Assembly (NCBI GenBank): GCA_040954595.2
Contig: CM082588.2
Span: 12,475,398 to 12,539,397 of the forward strand
Length of the DNA: 64,000 nucleotides
Origin: Balanoglossus misakiensis
Lineage: Eukaryota > Animalia > Hemichordata
Reading direction: 5' to 3'
Shown: positions 21,331-34,795 of the stretch, piece by piece
Position numbering within the stretch: the stretch's first letter is position 1
Layout of the letters: each line of letters begins with the position of its first letter
Notes under the pieces: generated by a model
Database searches by the model: none
What the model was told of the DNA's origin: nothing
Seen by the model: the letters and a program-made list of their open reading frames with translations, nothing else
Program-made: the position numbers and the translations under genes

Positions 21331-24300
21331 GTTTACAACAGATTATCAACTCAGTGCGAGATCTTGCGAGACCCGGTTAGCCATGTGAGATCTCGCAGAG
21401 TCTTATGATATTCAGAAAATGGTTGATTAGAAATGACGTTTAATGTCCTCCAAAGAATTTTCTACATGCCTGTATACTTGTCTCAGAATTATGAAGTGAA
21501 TCATCTCAAGTAATTTGTTATTTTAAATGACACTGTATCACAAATACTTCACTAAAAACCTCATTTTCTTTGATCAGATGAAATAAGTGAGGAGCCTGCA
21601 CGCACATCCCATCTTCTGTGCCCTGCTGGACAATCGTGTTCAGATCCAATGTAAGATCCGCTTGACTGTGGCAATGGTGAATATGCTATGGAAGGCGACG
21701 GCACATGCACGCCTTGTCCAGCAGGATCCAAGTGTCCAACCATGTCACCCGTAGTGGATTGTTCAACAGTTACTGGTAAGTTGGGCTGCAAATCACTCTT
21801 GTGACTTCCCTGTGTTATAGCATGACATACACAGAAAATTAAACTGTTATGCTCATTGGAGTTGATATTGTGATGCACTTTGAAAAACACAATGATTCCA
21901 CTGAAGAGGTATTGTACAGTAACACCTGTGATTACGGACATCTCTCTAATAAGGGATCGTTGGACCAAACCAATCGTTCTTTGAATTTTTTCTGTGATAG
22001 GTTCATACTCGCTAGGTTCGGCCACGTCCTTCTGGTTATGAATGCACAACTACAAGTGTCACACAGTGTGCTACAGGGCAGTAAAGTGTTGAAGGAGGTA
22101 AGTCTTGAAATCTCTTTTCTTCTGGTCTCGATTTGAACATGGTTCCACAAGTTGTTTACATCACTTGTAGTTTTACATATTTTTTGAGTTCAACAGCTAT
22201 GCTATACATGGTGTCCTGAGAAGTCGACCAGTATGAGAAGTCGGTATCGGCCAGTACGAGAAGTCGGCCTTTGGGAGAGAACCCTGGTACTTTGTGTTAT
22301 ATATAACTGTTTCACTACGAAATGTTTCCTTGATGTACAGGAGCTGAGATATTTGTACAAATAGCCGATGAATTTTAAAACTGTCTGTTCACTTTGCATG
22401 TACGTCACCGGGGTACGTCAACATCAGTCACCTGCACTTCTTGCGCTGCGCCAGTAGTCAGTTCCTCCTCACGTTTGTTTGTTTGGTGTTGTCTCAAAGT
22501 ATGCATATACACATACATCTTCTATGTATTTTAGTAGGCTTTGAAACAACTCCCTGTAAAGGGACAAAGTCTCTCTCTCGCTGCCCTTTTTCCATTAATA
22601 ATATTTGATACAAGACACCATTTATGTATTCTAAATGTGGATATATAGTGAATCAACGTTCAACCACACACAACTTCAATCCAACTTGTAGACACGAGAG
22701 TGAAAAACTTGCCAAAATGAATAATCGGTGTTTACCATTTATTCATTTTGGCGGGATTTTTACACTCATATCCTACAAACGGGATGGAATTTGTCTGTAG
22801 TTGAATGTGGATTCTCAATATATCCACATGAATAATGTGAACGGTGTCTTGTATCAAACATAATTAATGGAAAAAGGTTCGCGAGAGAGAGACTTTGTCC
22901 CTTTAATCAGAAATGTCACAGGAATTTGGCGAATTTGGCGGATACGGCGGATACGGGGCTGGGGAAACGGTACGGATGCAAGACGCCATTATTTGAAATG
23001 ACGCCATTGTGTTGTCAAGAATTTGGGAAATCCGTCCAAATGAAAATATTTAGTGCAATTATATTTTATTAAGTGTTGTTATAAGTAATCTGGGTCATCA
23101 CTGCACTATTCGGGTACAAGTTCAACAACTGGCCGACTTCTCGTACTGGCCGACTTCTAATCTGGCCGACTTCTCATGTATTCCTATACATTAGTGAAAA
23201 TTGGGGAAACTGGTGTTTTTCAGACAACTTATGAAGTCCCTTTCGCAATATTAACTCTAAAACAGCGGGTGATATTCCTTTTAAAATTTAACCAAATAAG
23301 CATACTTGAACTCTGTCATATCGGCAAAACACTCACTACACAATCTGCTGTTATTCTACAGACATGACATGTGCTGATTGCGGCGTAGGTAACTACTGTC
23401 CAGATGGGTCAGACAGCCCCATTCCTTGTCCATCAAGTTATTATGCTGACACAGCCACAGAAGTATCCTGTACCCCTTGCGATCCAGGCTGTCAGTGTGC
23501 AGCAACATCACCCACTTGCCTGCACATCAAGAACCTACTCTCTGGGACCATCAACAACATGTACTCCCCTTCTACCAGGTTTGTAGTCGTCTTAGTCGTA
23601 AAAACATATTTAAGGTGTTGCGCACCTCGAAATAAAGGGTCGTCTGATCATGTTTAAATTAATACTGATGATACTATGACTTCTAAACATTTAATCTATG
23701 GAATAAAAATTGGGGGTCAACCATCTAGAGTTTTGAAAAAGCGCCCTTTATCTAGCACCTCTTTCAGATTTTGCCAGGCTCGTAGATTTTTGTAAAATGG
23801 CCTCAAAAATAAGAATTTAGGGAGGTTTGTCATATTTTTTCACCATTGTAGAATCTAAATGTTCTGAATTATTTTATTTTTAGCAATTTTGAGATTGATT
23901 CATGTTCAGTATGATAATCGCATGTCAATACAACTGTTACATTAAAGGAAAAGTTCAAATCCGCCTAAAACCACATTGCATTGGTACCTAGTTAAGTTGT
24001 CCTCACTTCTGACGCAAAATTTTGATGTGCAATGCACGTGTCTGTGAAATTGACGAATAAAAAAATTGTATACCAGTGCAAAATTAAAAACTCCCTGTGC
24101 AGCTATCTTGGCAACTGCATGCTGGGAAAAGTACTCGGATGATGACGAAAAAGTTTCGGGGTTCCGTGTAGTGCTACCCCAGAATACAATGTTGGGTGCA
24201 GACTACAACTATGGAAAAGAGATGCAGAATGTCATGTGATATAGTAGTGAAAACAAATACACGTTGGTTCACGTCTTTCAGCTCTCAGCAATCAGGGTGC

Positions 24301-26478
24301 ATTGAAAGGCCTTGATTGGTGTGATATTCACAATTGATTATTATAAATACTTACAGTTGTATACTGTTTTATTTTGTAAATATTGTGTACATTTGCAGCA
24401 ATGAATCCGTGCGAACACAAACCTTAACCCATGCCGGAATGCTGGTACTTGCCAAGCAATCCAGGGATCTTGTACAGGCGTCACATGTCAATGTGCTGGC
24501 TGCTACATGGGCTTCACATGTGAAACACGTGAGTACAGTACTTTGTCATTTATTAAAAAATCTAAGTGCTGAGGTACATTGTAGTAATAATAGCAGGTGT
24601 AGTCATTATCATCATCATCATCATCATCATCATCATCTTTAAGTCAGTCATATGATCGGTAATAAAAACAGTAAAATCACCAGTATAAAAACATAACAGA
24701 GAAATAATGAACGTGTACTGGTGTTACCATAGGTAAGTGTTGTATAAAATTTTGAATTCCTGTCTTCCAGTTCCTAATCCATGCTTCACTAGTCCTTGTC
24801 TCAATGGAGATACCTGCCAACAACAGGCAAATTCTTGTACTGCCACCATTGGCATGTGCACAGAGTGTTACTAGGGAACCAGGTGTGAGACAAGTAAGTT
24901 TGAATCTATAGCAGTTAATAATGATAATTATCATTTTTTTTTATTATGATTTAAACTTCACTGATGTTGTACAAACACAAAAATAGAAATAATAATAATA
25001 ATAATAATAATAATAATTTATTTGTATAGCGTCAGTATCCACAAAAAATGTGATCAATGATGCTTAAAGCAAAAGTACAATACAACAAATGGCTAAAAAA
25101 CAGATTTAAAAAGTAAAGTTTTAACATTTGATTTAAAAACAGATAAGTCTGGTGCCTGGCGAATGGTGAGTGGAAGATTATTCCAAAGAATTGGAGCAGC
25201 AACAGTAAAAGCACGATCACCATAACTCTTGGTGCGTGATCGAACAGGGCAGAGTTTGAACTGATCAGCTGACCTTAAATTGCGACACGGAACATATAGA
25301 TTAGTCATGCTAGAAAGATAGATTGGACCAAGTTTATGAATGGATTTAAAAATGAGAACTAACATCTTAAAAACAATACGCTCTGTAACAGGTAGCCAGT
25401 GCAACTGATACAAAATTGGAGTGATGTGACAGGTGATTTTTGAACGAGTAACAATTAGAAAATGGACAGCAGCTTAGCTCTATTCCGTTTCCAAAGTGTT
25501 TGTTCTTTTAAACTACCTGTGCATTTTTTTTATTTATTCTGATTATGCTAATATGCTAATTTGTCGGTTTGTCACATCACAATTTTTGTAGGAAACTCAC
25601 CCCTGGGAATTTTTTTCAGCCACTTACATACATTCATAATCACATGACATTGATGATCATGGAAAATTTGACCCTTTTCCTTGTAGGACTCAACCAGTGT
25701 CCACCAAATCCGTGCCAGAATGGTGGCTTCTGTCAACCGGCTCGAAATTCCTGCTTTGATCTCACCTGCATATGTACTGGTTGCTACAAAGGTGATAGGT
25801 GTGAGATATGTAAGTATACAGCGCAGTCTCTTTTACCTTTTGTCTCTGATGCATTCAAATACTGCATGTTTCCTGAGCATAGGTGTAGCCATCACCACAG
25901 CAGAGCTTGGAGAGTTCTTGACATCGAATGCAAGATTACACTCTTCCCAATCAAAATCACTTTTGTAGCGCATAATGTCTTGATTGTCTTAGTTCAAGAA
26001 ACATTATGCGCGACTGGCCAATTTTACTGCCTTTTGTCAACGCACATCCACTATGGAAATTCTCACTCCAGGCCAGATAGTGTAAATTTGCATATGAGTC
26101 TACAGGTATGCTTGAAGTCAAGTCAAGCATTTGCAAGGAACCCTCCTCCAGTACACAGGTCTTTGAATTCATGAAGGGAAGCCCTTGCCTCACAGTCACT
26201 GCCACATGATCTATGGAGGTGTGAACAACTTGATACCAGCCTAATATAAGCTGTAGGCACAATCACTCCACACACCCTTGCCATAATTCTGCAAGGTTTT
26301 TGCCATATCTGTACTGTAGAATGAGTAGCAAGGAATAAAATGGCGTCCTTTCTTAATTTCCAGTGCAAAACCCCTGTGATCCCAACCCATGTATGAATGG
26401 TGGATTTTGCCAGCAAACATCGTGCAATTTCTATTCATGCCAGTGTGTGAACTCTTACACAGGTGACATCTGTCAAAC

Positions 26479-27367
26479 CATAGACCCTAGAGAAAGAAGG
26501 ACGAGCAACTGCGGCAAAGATCAAAGGGTTTGGGGATTATCTGTATGATGATGTTCTTTTGCATATAATTAACACCCAGGACAGTTGGACAATGACTTCC
26601 TTACTTCGGCATGTGTCGACCCCACCAGTGATGCGAAAACTTGCCACCAAACTGGCACTCCTGCATTTCAGCAGCCACTGCGTTTTTTTCTAAAATTCTA
26701 AAGGTATTACGATGTCTGTGCTAATTATTATGGTTTGGTGTTCGTCTGTCGGTTGAACGGTCATTTCTAGTGCCACAAGCTTCATTTAAAAATTGTAAAC
26801 AAATCATCCATGTTTTTTGCATGTCCGACTGGGCACTCATATTTCTTGGTAACGCTGACACTTTTCGTAATAATTTTATGTTTGTGTGAAGCATTGAATT
26901 AAAAAGTGTGGTTTAGGGGCATTTTATTTCGCAGTGCGTGAACAATAAAACAGATTTCACGAAAACAATTTGTAAACAAACTGGGTGGATTTTCATGTGT
27001 GCGCTATGGCCGCCAGGCAACCCTCGGTACGGTTAGCTCACAGCCTTGTGAAATACCCGGACTGTTAGACAAAAGATGCTTGTTTTGGACGCTGTCAGAC
27101 TCAGAGGTGCCAAATTCCTGTTTAACTTGTCCAGATGTGTTCCATAAATGATCGCTGCGTTCAACCACGTTGCACTTTTCTCGTCTTCTGCGAGATGTTC
27201 TAAGGTGTTTGTGATAACTTCACGCAAAACGCGAGACTTTGCGTTAGTTTATACACAGTTTATTTGCAAATTGGATTATTGGGATTTACCTGGAAATAAT
27301 GTATGCAAAAGAACATCATTTCAAGAAAAAACTGGAGTTGCGCGTCCTTCTTTCTCTAGGGTCCATG
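26479..27367. mobile_element. P-like TIR element, copy 2
   Basis: Same TIRs and gtcaaac TSD. Confidence 0.8.
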
Positions 27368-30300
27368 GTCAAACAAGTGAGTATATACTTTCAAGACACC
27401 CTGCAAACAAACAAGCAATCTTCATTCCGTAGATCTTTAAGCATATTTATGCATTGTAAATTTTGATGTGAAACTTCAAATTTTATTGGTCTTGTTGCCA
27501 AACTTCTGAAGAAATGAGGATATTGTTTTGAAGGGTATTTTATCAGTAGATAACAAATACCATGGCTCTCCATGCAAATACCCACATGGTAAATTAAAAC
27601 TGTTGCAGGTGTATTTGAAATCCACATATGGATTACATGTGGGATAATATTGGGTGCTGGCAGTTTCAGTAAATGAACTGCTCTATTGCTGAGATAACAA
27701 TAGGTTGCACTTTTTATTGCAGTCCAAGATCCATGCCAGCGAAACAGCTGTCTCATCGGGGCTGTATGTAATGCAGTGGTCAACTCCTGCACGGCATATA
27801 CCTGTGCCTGTACTGGTTGCTATGAGGGTAACCGTTGTGAAATATGTAAGTTTCTGACGTACCGTAAATGACAATCTTTTGGGCACTTTCTCTTCATAGC
27901 AATTGAATTGTGTGGTAACTTCTCATTTCTAAAATTTCCCCAAGAGAAAAGAAAGGAAAAGAAAACAGAAATTTCATTTGTATGTCCGTGCAATTTAGGA
28001 TAGGCACGAACTTGTGAGGAAGTGTACGAAGCTGGATGTTTTCATCACTCAAATATACAAGAGTTGCCTCTTGAAGACTAGTGTCTGTAGAGATAATTGT
28101 GCATGTGAGGTAATCTCTCCTAAGGTGGTGCACACATCTGAGTATTAAGTAAAAGAGACATCCTTAATTATCCTTACTATTTGGCTTGAAAAATCAATCT
28201 TACTAGGTGTTCTGATTAGAGAGGTGTCCATGAGGTGACTACACCTGTTACTGCCAGTAGTGTTGGACTGGGGCCATCTGTGCCGTAGGTGTGTCGAATT
28301 ACTGTTTTATGACACAGCGTGGTATATAAACCCTCATTTTTGGTATTCTCAATGTGATAGATGGACCCATACACCAATAAATGGGGTGGAAGCATTACTA
28401 AGTTTCATCCTTTCAAAATTTGCTGATGTAGGGTCAAAATTGAGTGTGAGGTGCACGTTAAAAAGGAAAGCCTTCTGTATCATGTTGATGGCACATTTTT
28501 TAATTTTTCAAGATTCTTACAGAAAAATCCTAGCAATAGCATCATTATGTTTTTTTAAATGTACAGGTTTGAAACAAGGAATGAAGACATTGCTCACATA
28601 TTTAAACGAAATGAACATCACAAGTACATGTACAAGTTTTTGACAAGCAGGTAATTGATACTTTCATTTTTGTTTTGGCAGCCATTGATCAGTTATACTC
28701 TATGCCTTGTCAAAATGGTGGCACATGCGTTGCGCGAGATGGCTGTTTCCTGTTTGACTGTATGTGTACCGAATGCTTCACTGGTGCCACATGTACAATG
28801 CGTAAGTACAAACCAATATTATTTTATTCAATGCAAAACACTTGTTATGTATTATATAATATAAGTACGGTACACATATTAAAGCCCTGGTAACTCAAAC
28901 TTTGGGCTAGCTTAATGTTATCACTATTTTTGTTTTCGGTTGCAACTGTGGTTTCTTGTCACACTCTAAAGGATTTGACAGCATTTGGTTTTTCAAAACA
29001 GCCCTTTGGTTGTTGTCAGGTATACATGTACATGACTGTGGAGTGTAGTTTGTAGATTCTGTAATTTTGACAATGTCTTGACTGCACATCCCACAGCTGT
29101 CAACCAGTGTCAACCCATCCAGTGTCGGAATGGTGGAAACTGTGTGCTGACGCCCAATTGGTGTACTGAATTTACATGCTCCTGTACAAGCTGTTACTCC
29201 GGCGATTTATGTCAGACATGTGAGTGATTTTAAATTTCAGATGAAGAGGAACATAATAACATAACACATAATCGGCTTGGTTTCTTCCAACCTGTATCAA
29301 ACAGTGAATAACGACACAATTTGGGGGAAATTTATTAAGAATGTGTGTGCCATAAAAAGGGATTGTGTTTTTGACCAAACAATAACCTGCACCGTATGGT
29401 ACACTAAGACACTATTACACCTGTGTCAAAATTTCATTACGTTTCTTTTGTTGAACATGGAAGAAATTTGTCACAGTGATGTTCTGTTGACCAACTGAGA
29501 TTTTTACCACTCAACCCTGACTCCACAAATTTGTTTAAAGTATATGTAGTAAATATTAACTGTACACAATTTATATCACTTTCTCTTCTGTGCACAGATT
29601 TGAATCCGTGTCAGCCCAACCCTTGTCTAAACAGTGGATTCTGCCAGCAAGTGTCCTGCACCGAGTTCAGATGCCAGAGTCCGCGCTGTTTCATCGGAAC
29701 CACGTGCGCTGAACGTAAGCAAACCAGTGTCAGATTTCCCGCACAAAGTAGAAATCGCTGGGCTTTGTCATTGATATTGTCTCAATAAAGTTGCCTGTGA
29801 TTGTGCAGCTAACCAAGAGACTTATATGCACTACCGTAGCCATGATGAATATTTTCATTGACTCAAATGCTCATCAGTGTAGATGTTGCTATTTTTCCAA
29901 CCGTAAATTGAAACATCAGAAAGTTATGACATCAACTACCCCCACCCCCAACTAGTAAATATTATAAGATGCTGTAATTATGATAAAGATGGTAGCACCA
30001 AGCTTGGATCAAGTGGTCTTCATTATCCGTCACACATGAACATGATCACATGGATGTGCAATCTTCTGACAGTCTGCTACAGATTTCACTTCCCACTCAA
30101 GTGTGTAAGACCCTAATGTGATACTTTTCATTTCTCTCACCCTTAGCGATCAACCAGTGTCTTCTAAACCCATGTCTGAATAACGGAGTGTATCAGCCAC
30201 TTCAAGGCTCCTGCTCAATCTACACCTGCAACTGTCCAACCTGCTACACTGGGCAAACATGTGTTACATGTAAGTCACAAGTTTTTAGGTCCCATTGGTA

Positions 30301-31536
30301 TGTACCATGGGACCTTATGGGATTGGTTACGTCTGTATGTATGGATGGATGGATGGATGTCTGTATGTCCGTCCACATCAAAAATTTGAAAACCGCAGCG
30401 CGTATGACCTCGATATTTGGTGTGTAGATGCAGGCAGGGCTGTAGATGGGAGTTTGTTCAAATGAAGATGTCATTGCCAAAAATATGCAAATTAGCTGGG
30501 AAAATGTGAAATTGGTCAAAACTCAAAAACTGGACAACCACTGGTCATATTGATTTGAAAATTGGTATGCATGTACCTTATATCAACCTCATACAATCCT
30601 GTATGTTTTGAGCTAATATTATCGATTTCCTTTTTTTTATGCATTTTTTTGTATTTTTCCATGTTATTGGTAAAAAGTCTTTGAAATTTAGTATGAAGCT
30701 TCCTAATGGTTGTCTAAGTAACCATAGTTTTGTTCAAATTGTTGCAAAATTTGCATATCTATAATGTTGAGCAATATTTGCCATTTTTGGTCAAAAAATG
30801 TTTTTCTTTTAAACCTCATGCCAGATTGCTTTGCAATTTGGTAGGCATGTTCGTAGGGGTAATATGTTGTAAAAAATGTGATATTTGCATAAATGTGTTA
30901 TCGGGGAAACTTTTGCAATTTTTGTCAAAAATTGTTTTCTCTGAAACAGCTTGTCCTATTGCATTGAACTTAGGCAGCATGTTCCTTGTAGTGATTGAAG
31001 TAAGATATTGTACAATTTTGGTGATATTTGCATATTTGGTTTTTGCCACTTTTGAACAAATATTTTCTGTGAAACTGCTTGTTGGATTGCTTTGAAATTA
31101 GATTTTTCTCTGATTGCTTTGAAATTTAGGATATAATTTCATAACACATACCTGTATATGTGCAACTTTTATTCAATTCTGAGATCACAAAGATTAAATA
31201 TTTAGCGAGTTTTTTTTGTAAGTTTCTTTGTTTTTGGTTAGCAAATCTTCTCCTAAACAAATTGTCCAGTTGTTTCTAAAGTTACTATTTACAAGGAGTT
31301 GTTACCTCGAACAAAGACATGTTTACATAACTTAAATAGGCCAGCTGTTACAGAGACCACCAGCTATCAAATTTTAATTCCCAGTGACAGGTCAGTGTGT
31401 GTCTGTTCCAGGGCTGACTGAAAGAAGTTGCTTCGCATATGTGTTTGTACAGACAATTTTTGGTCATTTTTTTTTCTAGCACCACTTGTAAGACTGCCAT
31501 GACACATGACAGTTTATTGGGCATGTTCCTTGTTAA

Positions 31537-32331
31537 GATGGGTCCCTAGGATCTTTTTGCCCGTTGCTATGGGCCTTTATAGGACATTACACCCCGATTT
31601 GGACTAAGCCGTTTTCAGAGTCTAACAAGGGGCTGGTAACTAGTTAAAAATACGCACGATTGTGAGCGCGCGCCCCCTGACGCCATTGATATGCAAATTA
31701 GTTAGGTCAAATTTCAAAAGCCTAAGGCTTTTTATTCCGTGACCTCAAAAACGAACTTGATACGTATTCATTAGTTGCTTGAACCAGGGAAGATCGTGAC
31801 GGATTTTGTTTTCGAATATTATCGTTGTATCCTACGATTTCAGCATACCCGTACCACACCTGAAAAAGTCATCGATTTTGGGTGTTTTTGGACGCACTCT
31901 TCCACTGGTATCGCTTCTTAGCACGACGAAAACCGAAAAATCGATCCGTCACACTATGCGGAAGTGCGTTCTCAACAAGCAGGTCAAATTTGGCTGGCCT
32001 ACGTCGCCTGTGAAAAAAGCCTTAGGGATTTTCGTGAACGGTACAAAATCTCTGTGTACAAAACATTGGATTTTTAGCGTTCGATCCAGTTACTGTGGTT
32101 ACAGGACGCGCACGCTATCGCTGACCGCTACTTTGCCGTATTAGCGTGGCGGCCTATGGCCGGGCGGTAGCTGCCGTAAACATACTGAGACAGGGGGTGT
32201 GCACACAATCGTGTGTATTTTTAACTAGTTACAAGCCCCTTGTCGGACGTTCATAACGGTTTCGATCAAAATTGAGTGTAGTGTCCTATAAAGGCCCATA
32301 GCAACGAGCAAAAAGATCCTAGGGACCCATC
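31537..32331. mobile_element. 795-bp non-autonomous TIR element with TTAA TSD (Kolobok-like), unique to copy 2
   Basis: ttaa|gatgggtccctaggatctttttgc ... gcaaaaagatcctagggacccatc|ttaa; imperfect inverted arms extend ~140 bp; single empty ttaa at 12440 and 51482. Confidence 0.92.
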
Positions 32332-33599
32332 TTAATGTTTTTACATTCCATATTTCTATATGGTCAGATCATATCTGCTTGCAAATGTCACCTGTAATTT
32401 TTATTCTGGTGTGTCACTGTTTCCGCATAATCCTCAAATGTCATCAGATCTCCGAATGTGATGAAAACAGTGTGTTTTGAGTGTTTTTTTAAATGACCTT
32501 TTGGGTTAAAAGTGGCAAAAATGGCAATTTTGTCTTGAAAGGGGTCAATAAGACTGACTTTTTTGGAATCAGCGCCATTTTTTACATTGAATGGACTAGT
32601 CTGCTCAAACTTTCCTTACCAAAAATTCTGTTTAATCTTCTGTAACATGTATACTAGTATACATGTAGCTGCCTGATAGATTGCCCTGTGTGTGTAATTG
32701 CTGAGTGACATAACACATTCTGTGATTGGTGCAGTCACGTAACCACCAATCAGATCGCTTGTTATAAGGAGAACTGCACGACCTTTAACCGCATTAGCAT
32801 ACCTGATTTTAGGACTCGATATTACCTCTGAGGACGCAATATTTAAGTTGAAGTTTTTTTCTTTTATCATATTAGAGCAAGAAGACTTGTTTTTTTATGT
32901 AAAAGAAATAGACCCTAATATACAGAGTGCATTTTGAAACGATAGGCAGGTCCGGCCCATAGCCTAATTCTTCATTTTTCTGTCATGTGTAGGAATTGAT
33001 CAGTGCTAACAACCCATGTCAAAATGGCAGCACTTGCCAACCCTAACCTCGTGTGTGGCATTGACGTGCACCTGCCAAGGATGCTATACTGGGGAGCGCT
33101 GTGAAAATTGTCAGTCAGTTTCTTTTGTCAAATTAATCAATATGTGTGGGACTGCTATACATGTATATAAAACAGAATACTGCGATGGAAAATTCTATAA
33201 CTTAATGTTTCAGTGGATATATGACTTAAAGTTAGCAGGATGCAGTAAATTCAACAGAAAGTGTAATTTCCTCTTGTGTGAGCTCTGTGCGACTGTGCCA
33301 ATGAAAATGTCACCACAAACAAAAATGACAGGTATACATTGTATATTAGCAGCTTTGTCTCTGTAATAGCCATAGTGTTTTGAAGTTGAAAACTTGCAAA
33401 GTGTGCAGTTTTATTCACACTACAAAGGAAACATTGTTGAAACGGATTATCTGTGTACATTGTCAAACTGTACACTTGTCGTGAGATTTATTCTCAATTA
33501 TATTATATCATGCTACAGTCCGCAGTTCTGATTGGACGAGAGCTCAATTCAGCGATGCTAAAATACTCAATAATGCACTGCTGGCAGTGGTAAAACGGG

Positions 33600-34795
33600 C
33601 TTTCTGTTTGCCACCTGGGTTTGTTCTTTAGGTTGTTGTATGTGTTTACACTCATCATGTTTATTGTAGAACCAGGGTCGATCAGTGAGGCAACTGCTGT
33701 TTGTTCTATCTGCACTGTTACTCGAGGCCTCCTGCCATTTGATTGTTGTACAGTGACGCAGTATTCATCTCCCGAGCTGTCTTCCACTTTATGCACAGCT
33801 TTGACAGTTTCATCCTTGTCTAGCCTATTTGCCTTGCCTTTTGATCGGCAGCATTTGGCAAATGGTTATGTTTGCCACACTTCCTGCATGACCTGCCTTT
33901 AGCTGGACATACTGAGTCATGTGGATAGGTGCCACCACAATAATAACAAGTGGACGGTCCTTTCGCTGGCTGCTGATGAGATCTCTTTTGTTTATTTGGT
34001 TTCGGGCGTTGATGGCGCTGTTTTCTGACCGCATTCACAGATGCCGTATCTGCACCATTATTTTGGGTTTTCTCCTCAATCCCACTAGCCTGAACCTCTG
34101 ATACCTCAAATGAACGGGCTGTACTCAGTAGATTCTCTAGTGTCGTCTCCTCCCGAAGAGCACGACGTCTGAGACGGGCTGATGTGAATCCTCGTATGAT
34201 TTGTGATTTGACCTCTTGATCCTTATTGGTGAAGTCACATATGTTTCTGCTAGGCGTTGCAAACAAGTGTGATAGGCATCAATCGATTCGCCGTTGTTTT
34301 GTATGGTGTCTCTGAAGATGAATCGTTCGTATTCAATGTTCCGTTTGGGTGAGAAGTACGACGTAAGCTTTAATTTGGCTGTTTCACAGCTCGTTCCTGT
34401 ATCTGGTAGAGTATCAAAGAAGTCGGAAACTTCCTCACCTGCCCAGTGCAATAGCAGTGCACGTTGTCGCTTGTCATCTGTAATGTTGAATGCGACAAAT
34501 GCGTTTTCTACTCTAGCCATGTACTTTTTCCATCTCGTACTGGTGGTTGTCGGATCTGAATGAACAGGAAAACTCGGCATTGACGGCTAGCTGATTCTCC
34601 ATGTTCTCCGTCCTCGTCGCCAAATATAGAATCGTGGGTGGGCAATAATGACAACACGAGACACCAAGTCCGGCATGTAAGAGTGAGAGTGCCTAGCCTC
34701 GTTCACGCACTTTATTCATAATGACCCGAATGTTGCATTACGTCATTTTACAGAATGTATAAAGTATAGATGCTCACCAGTGTTTGGACACTACA
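33600..34795 (-). mobile_element. Ty3/gypsy remnant, copy 2
   Basis: Same LTR/PBS/gag/protease, with different frameshift positions. Confidence 0.9.

Noticed and set aside
31806-32144. 112-aa ORF inside the copy-2 MITE as a transposase
   Set aside because: Short, non-ATG start, no DDE or DNA-binding motif recognisable
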